A stretch of DNA of 64,000 nt from a virus. A model generated the notes under the pieces. It was not told the DNA's origin. It searched no databases and worked only from the letters and a program-made list of their open reading frames with translations. Position 1 is the stretch's first letter, and each line of letters starts with the position of its first letter. The position numbers were made by a program, and so were the translations under genes. The stretch is from positions 21,368 through 85,367 of the IMG/VR virus record IMGVR_UViG_3300044984_001421; one strand, 5' to 3'. Shown piece by piece: positions 63,846 through 64,000 of the stretch.

Positions 63846-64000
63846 GCAGCCTCCTGCTGGTGATATTTACCCTCGATCAATCGGGCAAACGATGACGGCT
63901 GCATCAGAAATTCGAGGTCGGCGAAGAACGGCGACCGGTCCCGGCCATTGACCTGACCGGTCAAAAATTTCGACTGCGCCGCGTAGCCGAACAGGCGGCG
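63842..64000 (-). CDS. C-terminus of a phage replication initiator (partial)
   Basis: Hand translation ...SKFLTGQ...FFADLEFLMQPSSFARLIEGKYH; ATGA overlap with dnaB. Confidence 0.6.
   Translation of the reverse strand, partial: RRLFGYAAQSKFLTGQVNGRDRSPFFADLEFLMQPSSFARLIEGKYHQQEAA

Noticed and set aside
1-64000. Integron integrase or phage integrase
   Set aside because: No ORF with tyrosine recombinase (R...HxxR...Y) or serine recombinase motifs was recognised in the window
1-64000. Stop codon reassignment or an alternative genetic code
   Set aside because: Genes are full length and tightly packed under the standard code, and no suppressor tRNA was seen

Overview
The window is one continuous stretch of a tailed dsDNA phage or prophage with a contractile tail, GC-rich and probably infecting a proteobacterium. 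No integrase or host gene is visible. Most genes are on the minus strand and read from the right end in this order: replication genes (initiator C-terminus, DnaB, MazG-like, Ref-like), two DNA methyltransferases, small terminase, large terminase with an Ala-initiated class 3-type intein, portal, a fibre/decoration block, MuF, a series of probable virion-packaged polyproteins, prohead protease, scaffold, major capsid, neck, sheath, tube, holin-like protein, endolysin, tail chaperones and tape measure. A plus-strand island of small early-type genes (about 21.9-31.3 kb) interrupts the packaged-protein cluster. Four observations stand out. (1) The island ends in an integron-type cassette array (attC sites at 29263, 30015 and 30274, a collapsed attC at 29552, an attI-like end near 31290) with no integrase in the window. 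All cassette genes are inverted relative to their attC sites, and one is a clear Tad1 anti-defence homologue. (2) A recurring tag, (L/M)xK|SH(I/V)xx(Y/F/H)xRKDGxxV, marks several unrelated cargo domains and looks like a protease-activated capsid loading or ejection signal. (3) A phage-specific late promoter GTCGTGACG-NN-A-NNN-T occurs about 13 times, often placed to give leaderless mRNA. (4) A tRNA-Thr sits in a cluster of structured non-coding RNAs. All family calls come from motif recognition by eye; no database search was run.
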